This document shows, one piece after another, positions 16,257 through 24,111 of a stretch of 51,224 nt of DNA. Under the pieces are notes generated by a model. It worked only from the letters and a program-made list of their open reading frames with translations. It searched no databases and was not told the DNA's origin. The position numbers and the translations under genes were made by a program. Positions within the stretch are counted from its first letter, which is position 1, and each line of letters opens with the position of its first letter. The DNA comes from Mycobacterium phage prophiGD17-1, in the sequence record MW584165.1; one strand, written 5' to 3'.

Positions 16257-17926
16257 GCGGCGATGACCTGTTCGAAAACATGGAACGCCTTGGCATTGGT
16301 CTCAAGCCGGAGCGCCGCCCGGTGCCCCGCACGGCGACCACAACCCGCGACACCGCGCCCTACTACCGGGCCGCGCTGGAGAAGGAAATGGTGGAGATGG
16401 CCTCCACTGGGGAGGGCAGGCGCAACGACCAGCTGAACATTTCGGCGTTCAACCTCGGCCAGCTGGTGCCGCACGGGCTTGACGAACTCGAGGTTATCGA
16501 CTCGTTGACGGCGGCGGCGCGATCGACGGCGGGAACGCCGATGACGGACCGCGAGATTGAGCGCACCATCCGCAGCGGCTTGGAGTCCGGTAAGCAGCAG
16601 CCCCGATACGCCGAGAACACCAGCTATGCGATGTCGGCGGCGGCGCCGATCGATGTGCCGCCTCCGACCGAACCACCGCGGATTGACGTACGCGACTACG
16701 AGGGCGACTTTTGGCAGTCCCGCACGTCGCTGAGCACGGTGTATACCGCTGCCCTTGCTGGCATGTGTTCACCGTGGGCGGTGCTGGCCTGCTGTGCGGC
16801 ACGGGCTTTGGCGCTGGTCGATCCACACATCAAGCTGCCCGCCATCATCGGTTCCCGTGGCGGCTCGCTGAACTGGTTCGCGATGCTGGCCGCTGAATCC
16901 GGCGGCGGCAAGTCAACGGCGATGGAAATCGCCGAAGAGCTGATACCGATGGCCATCAAGACGCTGAACTTGGGCAGCGGTGAAGGCCTTATCGAGGCCT
17001 TCGGCGAGCGCAACGACGACGGCACGGTCAAGGACCCGGTGGCGGGTCACCGCTCGATTCTGTTCTCTGTCGATGAGATTGACTCGTATTCGGCGGTGGC
17101 CGGGCGCAGCGGTTCGACGGTGATGCCGATCCTGCGGTCAGCGTTCACGGGTGGCTCGCTGGGCTTCGCGTACCGGAAAGGCAATCGGCTGCCGGTGCTT
17201 CCGGCGCACTCGTATCGGATGACGCTGGTGTGTGCCGCCCAGCCGGGGCGGACGCGCGCCATGTTCGCCGACGCCGATGGCGGGACACCGCAGCGGTTTA
17301 TGTGGTTCCCGGCGACCGATCCACGGATCGCGGCGGTGCGGCCCACATTCAACGGCGCCCTGTATCTGCCTCCGGTGACCGATTGGCAGTATCCGGCCAC
17401 CCTGCGGGTGCCATCGGAGTGCGAGGGCCTGATTGTGACCACGCGGGCCTCCCAGGCGCGCGGTGAGACAGCGGCGCTCAATTCGCATGCCCTGTTCGCC
17501 CGCGAGAAGTTCGCCTACGCCCTGGCCATCCTGGACGGCCGGTCGGCGATGGATTCGGAGGACTGGCGTCTATCCGGGGTCGCGGCGGCGGTGTCCGACG
17601 CGGTGCGTCAATGGGTGCTCGATCAGCTGGCGGCTTCCGAAGCCGAAGAGGCGCGCCAGAAAGGGCGCCTGCAAGGTGTGGCCAAGTCGGCGGCTGACAT
17701 CGAGAAGGCGGTCGAAGACGGGGCCCTGATGGCGCGATCCATCGAAAAGGTGTCGGAGCTTCTACGTAAAGCCGGGGATGACGGACTCACCGGCAGAGAG
17801 GTGCGACGCAAGCTCGCTGCCCGGTTGCAGCCCTTCAGCGAGCAGGCATTGGCGGTGTTGCAGGCGGATGGCAAGGCCCACGCCAATGTCGCTGCCGGAC
17901 GCGCTCAACGGTGGGTGTGGTCATGA
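16253..17926 (+). CDS. P-loop NTPase, primase C-terminal / helicase-like replication protein
   Basis: GTGA overlap. Walker A (AESGGGKST) and Walker B (ILFSVDEID). N-terminal primase-C-terminal-like region. Sits next to PrimPol and the iteron-like region. Confidence 0.6.
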   Translation: MSGDDLFENMERLGIGLKPERRPVPRTATTTRDTAPYYRAALEKEMVEMASTGEGRRNDQLNISAFNLGQLVPHGLDELEVIDSLTAAARSTAGTPMTDREIERTIRSGLESGKQQPRYAENTSYAMSAAAPIDVPPPTEPPRIDVRDYEGDFWQSRTSLSTVYTAALAGMCSPWAVLACCAARALALVDPHIKLPAIIGSRGGSLNWFAMLAAESGGGKSTAMEIAEELIPMAIKTLNLGSGEGLIEAFGERNDDGTVKDPVAGHRSILFSVDEIDSYSAVAGRSGSTVMPILRSAFTGGSLGFAYRKGNRLPVLPAHSYRMTLVCAAQPGRTRAMFADADGGTPQRFMWFPATDPRIAAVRPTFNGALYLPPVTDWQYPATLRVPSECEGLIVTTRASQARGETAALNSHALFAREKFAYALAILDGRSAMDSEDWRLSGVAAAVSDAVRQWVLDQLAASEAEEARQKGRLQGVAKSAADIEKAVEDGALMARSIEKVSELLRKAGDDGLTGREVRRKLAARLQPFSEQALAVLQADGKAHANVAAGRAQRWVWS

Positions 17927-17937
17927 CTCCAGCAAAG

Positions 17938-18000
17938 GGTGTCAGTGGTGTCAGCGCTGACAGTAGGTGTCAGCAACTCGCCACTGACACCGCTGACACC
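17938..18000. repeat. array of GGTGTCAG motifs: three direct copies (17938-45, 17947-54, 17966-73) then two inverted copies CTGACACC (17984-91, 17993-18000); includes the near-palindrome GTGTCAGCGCTGACAG
   Basis: Seen directly. Iteron/operator-like organisation. Confidence 0.7.
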
Positions 18001-18075
18001 AAGGATGCCCTAATAAACGTCTCTACCTGGTCCTATATATAACTATGCATATAAGAGAGATTCGTGTACGTATGC
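18001..18075. promoter_or_regulatory. AT-rich island (CTAATAAACGTCTCTACCTGGTCCTATATATAACTATGCATATAAGAGAGATTCGTGTACGTATG): candidate DNA unwinding element and/or strong promoter
   Basis: Striking drop in GC between the two GGTGTCAG motif clusters, immediately downstream of the replication genes. Confidence 0.5.
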
Positions 18076-18114
18076 GCCACCCCAGGCCAGAGCCTTGGGG
18101 GGTGCGCGCACGAA

Positions 18115-18140
18115 GTGTCAGCGCTGACACCACTGACACC
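18115..18140. repeat. perfect 16-bp palindrome GTGTCAGCGCTGACAC (18115-18130) plus an adjacent CTGACACC (18133-18140)
   Basis: Seen directly. The same 8-mer recurs at 18669-18676 just before ATG 18678. Confidence 0.7.
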
Positions 18141-18189
18141 TCAGCTACGCCGGAAAAGCCAGTTAACAATCACAACCGAAGGGATTGAG

Positions 18190-18681
18190 ATGACCACCAC
18201 GAAGTCCAAGCCAAAGCCCAAGTGCAAGGACTGCCTTGCCGAGGGCGTCACAACACTGCGGCCTGCCCCGTGGCCCGGTCCCCGCTGCGAAACGCACCGC
18301 AGGGCCCGGCAGAAGGCCGTCCGGCGCAAGAACCATGGCCGGATGGTCGAGAACACCTACGGCATCACGGAGACCGAATACGAGGCGATTCTGGCCGTGC
18401 AGGGCGGTGCCTGCGCCATCTGCGGACGGGCCAAGGGCATCACGAAGCGGCTAGCCGTCGACCATGACCACAAGCTCGGGAACACACGCGAAGCAGTGCG
18501 CGGCCTGCTGTGCACGACATGCAACCACGTCGTCATTGGCCGATACGGACCCGAAGCACTGCGAAGGGCCATCGACTACCTGGCAGATCCTCCGGCGCGG
18601 CGAGTTCTCGCCACCGCACCAGCTGCCCATGTGGCTCGCACCGAGGACAAGGCCCCGGCAGCCGCCGAGGTGTCAGCATGA
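18190..18681 (+). CDS. endonuclease VII (T4 gp49-like Holliday-junction resolvase)
   Basis: CAICGRAKGITKRLAVDHDHKLGNTREAVRGLLCTTCNHVVIG matches the Endonuclease_7 signature (C..C...L.VDHDH.TG.VRGLLC..CN). ATG 18190 after GAAGGGATTGAG. Confidence 0.75.
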   Translation: MTTTKSKPKPKCKDCLAEGVTTLRPAPWPGPRCETHRRARQKAVRRKNHGRMVENTYGITETEYEAILAVQGGACAICGRAKGITKRLAVDHDHKLGNTREAVRGLLCTTCNHVVIGRYGPEALRRAIDYLADPPARRVLATAPAAHVARTEDKAPAAAEVSA

Positions 18682-19181
18682 CCGCGATCACGTGGGACAG
18701 CGGCGCCGGATTCCTTAAGGGCACCGTCGAAGGTCAATGGCGGTACGCCAACGCTGGTGGTTTCGTCTGGTACAGGGAGGATGATCAAAGCGGTTGGTGC
18801 CCAATAGGGCTGGGGCATCCCAATGGCCAGGCATACGCCGAGGCCCACTGGGCAGGCCTACAGGACCGAAGGGTGGCCGATGCGATCAACACCATTCGCG
18901 ACGCCTCGGCGCTACTCGCCGCATCATCAGGCCCCATACGGCTCGAATCTGACGAAGCGGCCAGGCTGTACGCCGCGATCGACGCCCTACCGCCGTCGCC
19001 CGTCGCCCCGCCACCCACGCGTCGCACGCTGTGGATCAACGGCGTCGTCCTGACCGGTGAAGTTCGATCGATCAGCACCCACACCCACGGCGACGGAACG
19101 CAATCCATCGAGTTCAGCTTCAGGCCGGACAGCGCTGATGACACCGTGCGGGTCATCGAGTCCATGCGAGTTGACCAGTGA
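18678..19181 (+). CDS. hypothetical protein
   Basis: ATGA overlap. A GGTGTCAG motif lies within 10 nt upstream of the ATG. Confidence 0.55.
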   Translation: MTAITWDSGAGFLKGTVEGQWRYANAGGFVWYREDDQSGWCPIGLGHPNGQAYAEAHWAGLQDRRVADAINTIRDASALLAASSGPIRLESDEAARLYAAIDALPPSPVAPPPTRRTLWINGVVLTGEVRSISTHTHGDGTQSIEFSFRPDSADDTVRVIESMRVDQ

Positions 19182-19411
19182 GCAAGAACGCGCCAGTGGA
19201 TGCCATCAACCCATCGCACTACAGGAATCACCCGTCCGGGGTCGAATGCATCACCATCACCGAGCATTTCGGGTTCAACCTCGGCAACGCCGTCAAATAC
19301 ATCTGGCGCGCCGGGCTCAAGACGGACAGCCCCGTCGAAGACCTGAAAAAGGCGCGGTGGTACCTCGACCGGCAGATAGCGCTTATCGAGGGAAGTGGGG
19401 TCGACCAGTGA
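19178..19411 (+). CDS. DUF3310-family protein
   Basis: GTGA overlap. PSHYRNHPSGVECITITEHFGFNLGNAVKYIWRAGLK...EDLKKARWYL matches the DUF3310 pattern common in actinophages. Confidence 0.6.
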   Translation: MSKNAPVDAINPSHYRNHPSGVECITITEHFGFNLGNAVKYIWRAGLKTDSPVEDLKKARWYLDRQIALIEGSGVDQ

Positions 19412-19821
19412 AGGTCTACATCGTCACCACAGGCAGCTATTCGGACTACCAGATTCAACGGGTGCTCACTGACAAGGAACGGGCCGAAAAGCTTGCCGCC
19501 GCATGGAATAACACCGCCTACTACGGCGGTGATGCCCAGGTCACGGAGTGGGAGACAGACGAGCAGACGGACACCCTGGCCCGCCAGTGGGTGCAGAGTG
19601 AAGTCCTTCTCTACGGCTACGAGTGGACACCCGTTGGCGCCTTTGAGCAGGTCTACGACATCGACGGCTGGACATACGAAGGCGCCCACCCCGGCAAGGC
19701 CACCGTGGTCGAAGCCACCGACCGATTCGTCAAGGTGATCGGAACCGACGAAATGGCCGTCCGGAAAAACATCTACGACACCGTGACACAGATCCGAGCA
19801 CGAGCCGAAGGGATTGCATGA
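19408..19821 (+). CDS. hypothetical protein
   Basis: GTGA overlap. Internal start of the table ORF 19057. Confidence 0.5.
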   Translation: MKVYIVTTGSYSDYQIQRVLTDKERAEKLAAAWNNTAYYGGDAQVTEWETDEQTDTLARQWVQSEVLLYGYEWTPVGAFEQVYDIDGWTYEGAHPGKATVVEATDRFVKVIGTDEMAVRKNIYDTVTQIRARAEGIA

Positions 19822-19822
19822 C

Positions 19823-20500
19823 ATGACCACCATCGCGAAGGGCACCCACATCAACCTGTGCGCGCACCCGGATTGCAAGCGCGACAACGGCAAGCCAGCA
19901 CACACGCCGGATGGCATGTGCCGCAGCTGCCAGCGCCGCGTCGCCACCGCACTGGAGCGCGTTGTGCTCGATTGGGTTCAGCTGCACCAGCTCCCCGCAC
20001 CCAACAAGGGCGACAAGATGCGCGGCGCCAAGGTTAAGGACTACGGCCACCCAGCCGAATGGGCCTCGGACATGCTCACGAAGATCGCCATATGCCTACG
20101 GGCAGCACATGACAACCTCGCAAGCACGCTGGCCGAGCAAGGGCACGAGGCCCCTGGCGAGGATTACCCCAGTGAGCGCGCCGCCGTCATCGCCGCACAC
20201 ACCTACCTGTCGGTGCGCATCGACAAGCTGTGCCGCCAAGACTGGGCGCCGGACATCATCGCCGAATGGCTTGGCCTGCACTCGAAAGTACGCAGCCAGC
20301 TCGGCCTGACGCGGCCACGTATCGCCCTGCCAACACCGTGCCCAGACTGCGACATGCGGACCCTGACGCGCTACATCGACGTGCAGCGTGACTGGATTGA
20401 GTGCGGCAACTGCCAGACGCAGATCCGCAGCGAGCACTATCCGCTGTGGACATCGATCGTGCTCGAAGAGCTTGTGACCGAGGCGCAGGGTCAGTCCTGA
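19823..20500 (+). CDS. hypothetical Cys-rich protein
   Basis: AAGGG RBS. Several CxxC pairs (CAHPDC, CRSC, CPDC, CGNC). Confidence 0.55.
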   Translation: MTTIAKGTHINLCAHPDCKRDNGKPAHTPDGMCRSCQRRVATALERVVLDWVQLHQLPAPNKGDKMRGAKVKDYGHPAEWASDMLTKIAICLRAAHDNLASTLAEQGHEAPGEDYPSERAAVIAAHTYLSVRIDKLCRQDWAPDIIAEWLGLHSKVRSQLGLTRPRIALPTPCPDCDMRTLTRYIDVQRDWIECGNCQTQIRSEHYPLWTSIVLEELVTEAQGQS

Positions 20501-20627
20501 CACGCCCGCAAGCGCGAGATGCGGAATGTCCTGTGTTACATGTACTATGGGTGCGACTGACAGAGCTATACCCAAACACCGGACCCATTCGCCCGTGCGG
20601 AGGGGTTTTCGCATTTCAGGGGAGTTC

Positions 20628-20864
20628 ATGACTGCGGTACTCGCGCCAGATGGCGCCGAATCCCTCGTCACCGCCGAAGAAGCGGCCACCATCTGCGGTG
20701 TCCGATCCGTCACTGTGCGCCAATGGGCTTCGCGCGGCTACGGCCCCGCCAAGTGCAAGACCAGGCTGCCACAGTGCGGCATAAACGATCGCGGCCGCAA
20801 GCTCTACCGGCTGCTCGATGTCGCCAAGGCTGAGCACGCAACAAGGGCACTCGCCCGCAGATGA
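20628..20864 (+). CDS. excisionase-family HTH DNA-binding protein (second Xis-like gene)
   Basis: GGGGAG RBS. TAEEAATICGVRSVTVRQWASRG is an HTH_17/Xis-like helix-turn-helix. Preceded by a 128-bp intergenic region with the palindrome GTCAGTCCTGAC at 20488-20499. Confidence 0.55.
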   Translation: MTAVLAPDGAESLVTAEEAATICGVRSVTVRQWASRGYGPAKCKTRLPQCGINDRGRKLYRLLDVAKAEHATRALARR

Positions 20865-21001
20865 GCGCTGGCCTGATGCGAGCACTGCGCGACGCAGAAC
20901 GCATACGGGCACAAGCAATCATCGAAGACGACGCCGCTGGCCAAGACTGGGCAAACGACGAAATAGACCGCATCACCGAGGCCCTGGAAAGGGCCCACTG
21001 A
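20861..21001 (+). CDS. small hypothetical protein (46 aa)
   Basis: ATGA overlap; under the table cutoff. Confidence 0.3.
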   Translation: MSAGLMRALRDAERIRAQAIIEDDAAGQDWANDEIDRITEALERAH

Positions 21002-21177
21002 TGGCGCCCAACGACAGCCGCATTGTCTGTATTACGACCGAGATGCGCGAGCCGCACGTAATCACGCTGCTACTCGACGGTCAGTCGATCGGCACATTGG
21101 ACCTGCGCCAGTACATGCCTTGGCATACCAAGATTCGCGTTGTCATCACTCGATGGCTCAGAAGGCCCTGGCGCTAA
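21001..21177 (+). CDS. small hypothetical protein (58 aa)
   Basis: TGATG overlap. Arg-rich C-terminus, possibly spurious. Confidence 0.25.
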   Translation: MAPNDSRIVCITTEMREPHVITLLLDGQSIGTLDLRQYMPWHTKIRVVITRWLRRPWR

Positions 21178-21368
21178 CCATGGATCACTGTCCCGCCACA
21201 CCTGCGGAGTTGGCTAGTTCAACCGCCTATGACGCACTCGGGAAGGCAGAGCAGGCGCTACGAGAAGCAGACCGGCTCAACAAGATCTTGCGCGCCGTCG
21301 TTGCACAGCTCGGCTACAGATTCACCGTCGACGCCAACGGCAACGTGAGTGTGGCTGTACCGCAATGA
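21120..21368 (+). CDS. hypothetical protein (start uncertain: 21120, 21153 or 21180)
   Basis: ORF ending in an ATGA overlap with the HNH gene. Confidence 0.35.
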   Translation: MAYQDSRCHHSMAQKALALTMDHCPATPAELASSTAYDALGKAEQALREADRLNKILRAVVAQLGYRFTVDANGNVSVAVPQ

Positions 21369-21643
21369 CAGTGCGGCGCAACACCACGCTACGAGACAAG
21401 CACAGGCGCTACCTCGCACGTGGACGGCCACCATGCCACCACTGCGGCGAGCCCATCGACTACGAGGCCAATCACCTTGAGCCACTGAGCTATCAGGTTG
21501 ACCACCTCATCCCCTTATCCAAGGGCGGCACAGACACACTGGACAACAAGGTGCCATCGCACCGACAGTGCAACCGGGACAAAAGCGACAAGCTGCCCGA
21601 AGACATCGGCGCCAACTTCGTCACCGAAAGGCGCTGGTGGTGA
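21365..21643 (+). CDS. HNH endonuclease (terminase-associated type)
   Basis: CHHCGEPID...HLEPLSYQVDHLIPLSKGGTDTLDNKVPSHRQCNRDK is the canonical HNH motif. Lies just upstream of the packaging genes. Confidence 0.85.
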   Translation: MTVRRNTTLRDKHRRYLARGRPPCHHCGEPIDYEANHLEPLSYQVDHLIPLSKGGTDTLDNKVPSHRQCNRDKSDKLPEDIGANFVTERRWW

Positions 21644-21834
21644 TCGCTTTCGATCCAGTCAGTGCCGAGCGAGTGCGACAGATGATCGGCGAGTACGACG
21701 AGGCACGGCTAGCAGACGCACGTCATGGCGAAGCCGACAACTCAGGCAACGTCGCGGGCGATGCCCTTGTCGACGTTCTACGGGAATGCTTCAACCATCC
21801 GAAGGTTGCTGCATTGGTCGTCAAAGTTAGCTGA
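21640..21834 (+). CDS. small hypothetical protein
   Basis: GTGA overlap with the HNH gene. Confidence 0.35.
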   Translation: MIAFDPVSAERVRQMIGEYDEARLADARHGEADNSGNVAGDALVDVLRECFNHPKVAALVVKVS

Positions 21835-22004
21835 CCTCGAGTATTTTCACAGGTCGCAGGCATTGCCGCTGCCACTGGCTGTGTCGCGCAAGCCTTTGAC
21901 CAGGGGGTTTCCCCTCCCCCGCCGCCTAGTCGCCCCTCGTGGCATAGGCGGACATTTACATACCACATTTTCCACCAAACCCCGGTGCGGTTACTGACGA
22001 CGAA
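21835..22004. other. non-coding region between the HNH and terminase genes: candidate cos / packaging-initiation region
   Basis: About 170 bp with no convincing ORF, containing GGGGGTTTCCCCTCCCCCGCCGCC. An HNH endonuclease next to TerL is the arrangement seen in HK97-like cos phages. Confidence 0.35.
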
Positions 22005-22256
22005 ATGGCGATGCCGATGTACGCGAATGCCCAGGGTGACGGGCTGTTTTTGGTGCTCAAGTTCCGCGCTGACGACGGCCTAGACACGGGCAGCTACACC
22101 GGGAGCTATCGGCACAAGCCAGCGTGCCGGTCGTACAACACGTTCGCCGCTGCCAAGGCTCAGCGGACCCGGTATCGCAATCAGGGCTATGGCGCGCGTA
22201 TCGCCGAGGTGACTATCGCTGGCGGCGAGCCGTCGATTCGCTGGGTCGAGGGATAG
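22005..22256 (+). CDS. hypothetical protein immediately upstream of terL (position of a small terminase; no recognisable HTH)
   Basis: 83-aa ORF ending 8 nt before the terL start. Confidence 0.35.
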   Translation: MAMPMYANAQGDGLFLVLKFRADDGLDTGSYTGSYRHKPACRSYNTFAAAKAQRTRYRNQGYGARIAEVTIAGGEPSIRWVEG

Positions 22257-22263
22257 CCGACCA

Positions 22264-24111
22264 ATGTCGGTGATGCTGGCCGCTCGCGAGGGTGACCAGA
22301 CCGACCTGCTGGAGTCGATGCGCGACCGCCTTTCGCCGGTTGTGCTTGACCCGGAGACCAATACCCGCGAGCTGGCGTCGCTGTCGCAGCGGCTGCTGGA
22401 GATTCTGCGCGACCTTGACGACGGCCCCGAGTCCCGCAAGGAACGCCGCGAGCTTCTGGGCAAGATGCGTGTCCGGGTGGCGAGTGCCGTCGACCGTGCT
22501 GACACCCCGATTCGCGACTTGGCGGCGCTGTCGCGGCGTCTGCTGGATATCGCCGAAGACATCGCCATCTTGGATCAGCTGTCGGGTGAAACAGACCCGA
22601 TCGCGCACGCGGTGAAGGTACCTGACGATACGAACGTCGAAGCCCCGGCACTGTATGCCAAGGCCCGCTATGTGGTGCCGCCAGAGAACATGGTCACTAC
22701 CGAGTGGCCATCGATCTGCGAGATATGCCGCGTGCTGGGCATCGAATTCGATGACTGGCAAGACGACTTAGGTCGCCTGATCTTGGCGAAGCGGCCGGAC
22801 GGCCTGTACGCCTCGGACACGACGGCCATCTCGATACCGCGCCAGTCAGGCAAGACCTACCTGATCGGCGCAATTGTGTTCGCGCTGTGCATCAAATACC
22901 CCGGCCTGCGGTGTATCTGGACCGCGCACCTGTTCAAGACGGCGCGCGAGACTTTCGAGTCGATGCAGGGCCTGGCCGACATGCCGAGCGTAAAGCCGTA
23001 CATCAAGCGGATTTACAGCGGCTCGGGTGACGAAAAGATCCTGTTCACCAATGGCTCGGTGATCATGTTCGGCGCCCGCGAGCGCGGCTTTGGTCGCGGC
23101 TTCCCGAACATCGGCGTGCTGATTTTCGATGAGGCGCAGATCCTTACGTCGAAGGCGCTCGATGACATGACGCCATCTACGAACGTTGCGAAGAACCCGC
23201 TCATTTTGACGATGGGCACACCGCCCAAGCCGGAGGACCCGAGCGAGTTTTTCACCACTCAGCGTCTCGACGCTGGTATCGAGGCCGACGACGAAGACTA
23301 TGCCGGGCTCGATGACGATGACGACGATGTGCCGCGTGAGTCGCTGTACGTCGAGTTCTCGGCGGACCGTGGATGCGACCCGAGTGACAAGACTCAGTGG
23401 CGCAAGGCCATTCCAGCGTTCCCGAACCGCGTCAGTGAGCGTGCGGTACGCCGCATGCGCAAAATCCTGGGCGAGGCCTCATTCCTTCGGGAAGGTCTCG
23501 GCATCTGGGACAAGATCGTCAGGACCAAGCGCATCATTTCAAAGCGCCTGTGGGCCTCGGCGATCGACATTGGCCCAGACAGCGATGCGACGCCCTCGGC
23601 GATCGGTGTCGACATGTCACATGGGCGCGAGCTGTCCATTTCGGCAGCGTGGGTGCTCGAAGGCGGGCGCGTCCACGTCGAAGAGGTCTGGAGCGGCTTC
23701 GACATTTCGGCCGGCAAAAACTGGTTGGTCGAGACATCGAAACGCATTGACATCCTGATCGATTCAGCTTCGCCCGCGTCGGCGCTACTGCCCGATCTGC
23801 TGGCCAGGCGGTGCCGGGCTCGCCAAACCACAGCGCAGGACATGGCCAAAGCCTGCGGCGCCTGGATGGATGCGATCGACTCCGAACTTTTGGACGACGG
23901 CCTACCACTGCTGACCCATAGCGGTCAGGAAGCACTCACCAAGGCAGTCGCCGGGGCCCAGAAGCGGCCCATCCGCGACGCAGGCGGCTTCGGCTGGGAC
24001 CGGTCGGATGACGCCGTGAACATTGCGCCTCTGGTGTCGGGAAGCCTTGCGCTACTTGGCGCAACCACTAACGGACCTCGGAAACGGACCACCAGAAAGG
24101 CGGTGTACTAG
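22264..24111 (+). CDS. terminase large subunit
   Basis: Walker A (IPRQSGKTY) and Walker B (VLIFDEAQ). 615 aa with a C-terminal nuclease-like region. GAGGGA RBS. Confidence 0.9.
   Translation: MSVMLAAREGDQTDLLESMRDRLSPVVLDPETNTRELASLSQRLLEILRDLDDGPESRKERRELLGKMRVRVASAVDRADTPIRDLAALSRRLLDIAEDIAILDQLSGETDPIAHAVKVPDDTNVEAPALYAKARYVVPPENMVTTEWPSICEICRVLGIEFDDWQDDLGRLILAKRPDGLYASDTTAISIPRQSGKTYLIGAIVFALCIKYPGLRCIWTAHLFKTARETFESMQGLADMPSVKPYIKRIYSGSGDEKILFTNGSVIMFGARERGFGRGFPNIGVLIFDEAQILTSKALDDMTPSTNVAKNPLILTMGTPPKPEDPSEFFTTQRLDAGIEADDEDYAGLDDDDDDVPRESLYVEFSADRGCDPSDKTQWRKAIPAFPNRVSERAVRRMRKILGEASFLREGLGIWDKIVRTKRIISKRLWASAIDIGPDSDATPSAIGVDMSHGRELSISAAWVLEGGRVHVEEVWSGFDISAGKNWLVETSKRIDILIDSASPASALLPDLLARRCRARQTTAQDMAKACGAWMDAIDSELLDDGLPLLTHSGQEALTKAVAGAQKRPIRDAGGFGWDRSDDAVNIAPLVSGSLALLGATTNGPRKRTTRKAVY

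Noticed and set aside
22005-22256. Calling the 83-aa ORF upstream of terL a small terminase
   Set aside because: It has the right position but no HTH or oligomerisation features. Annotated only as hypothetical.
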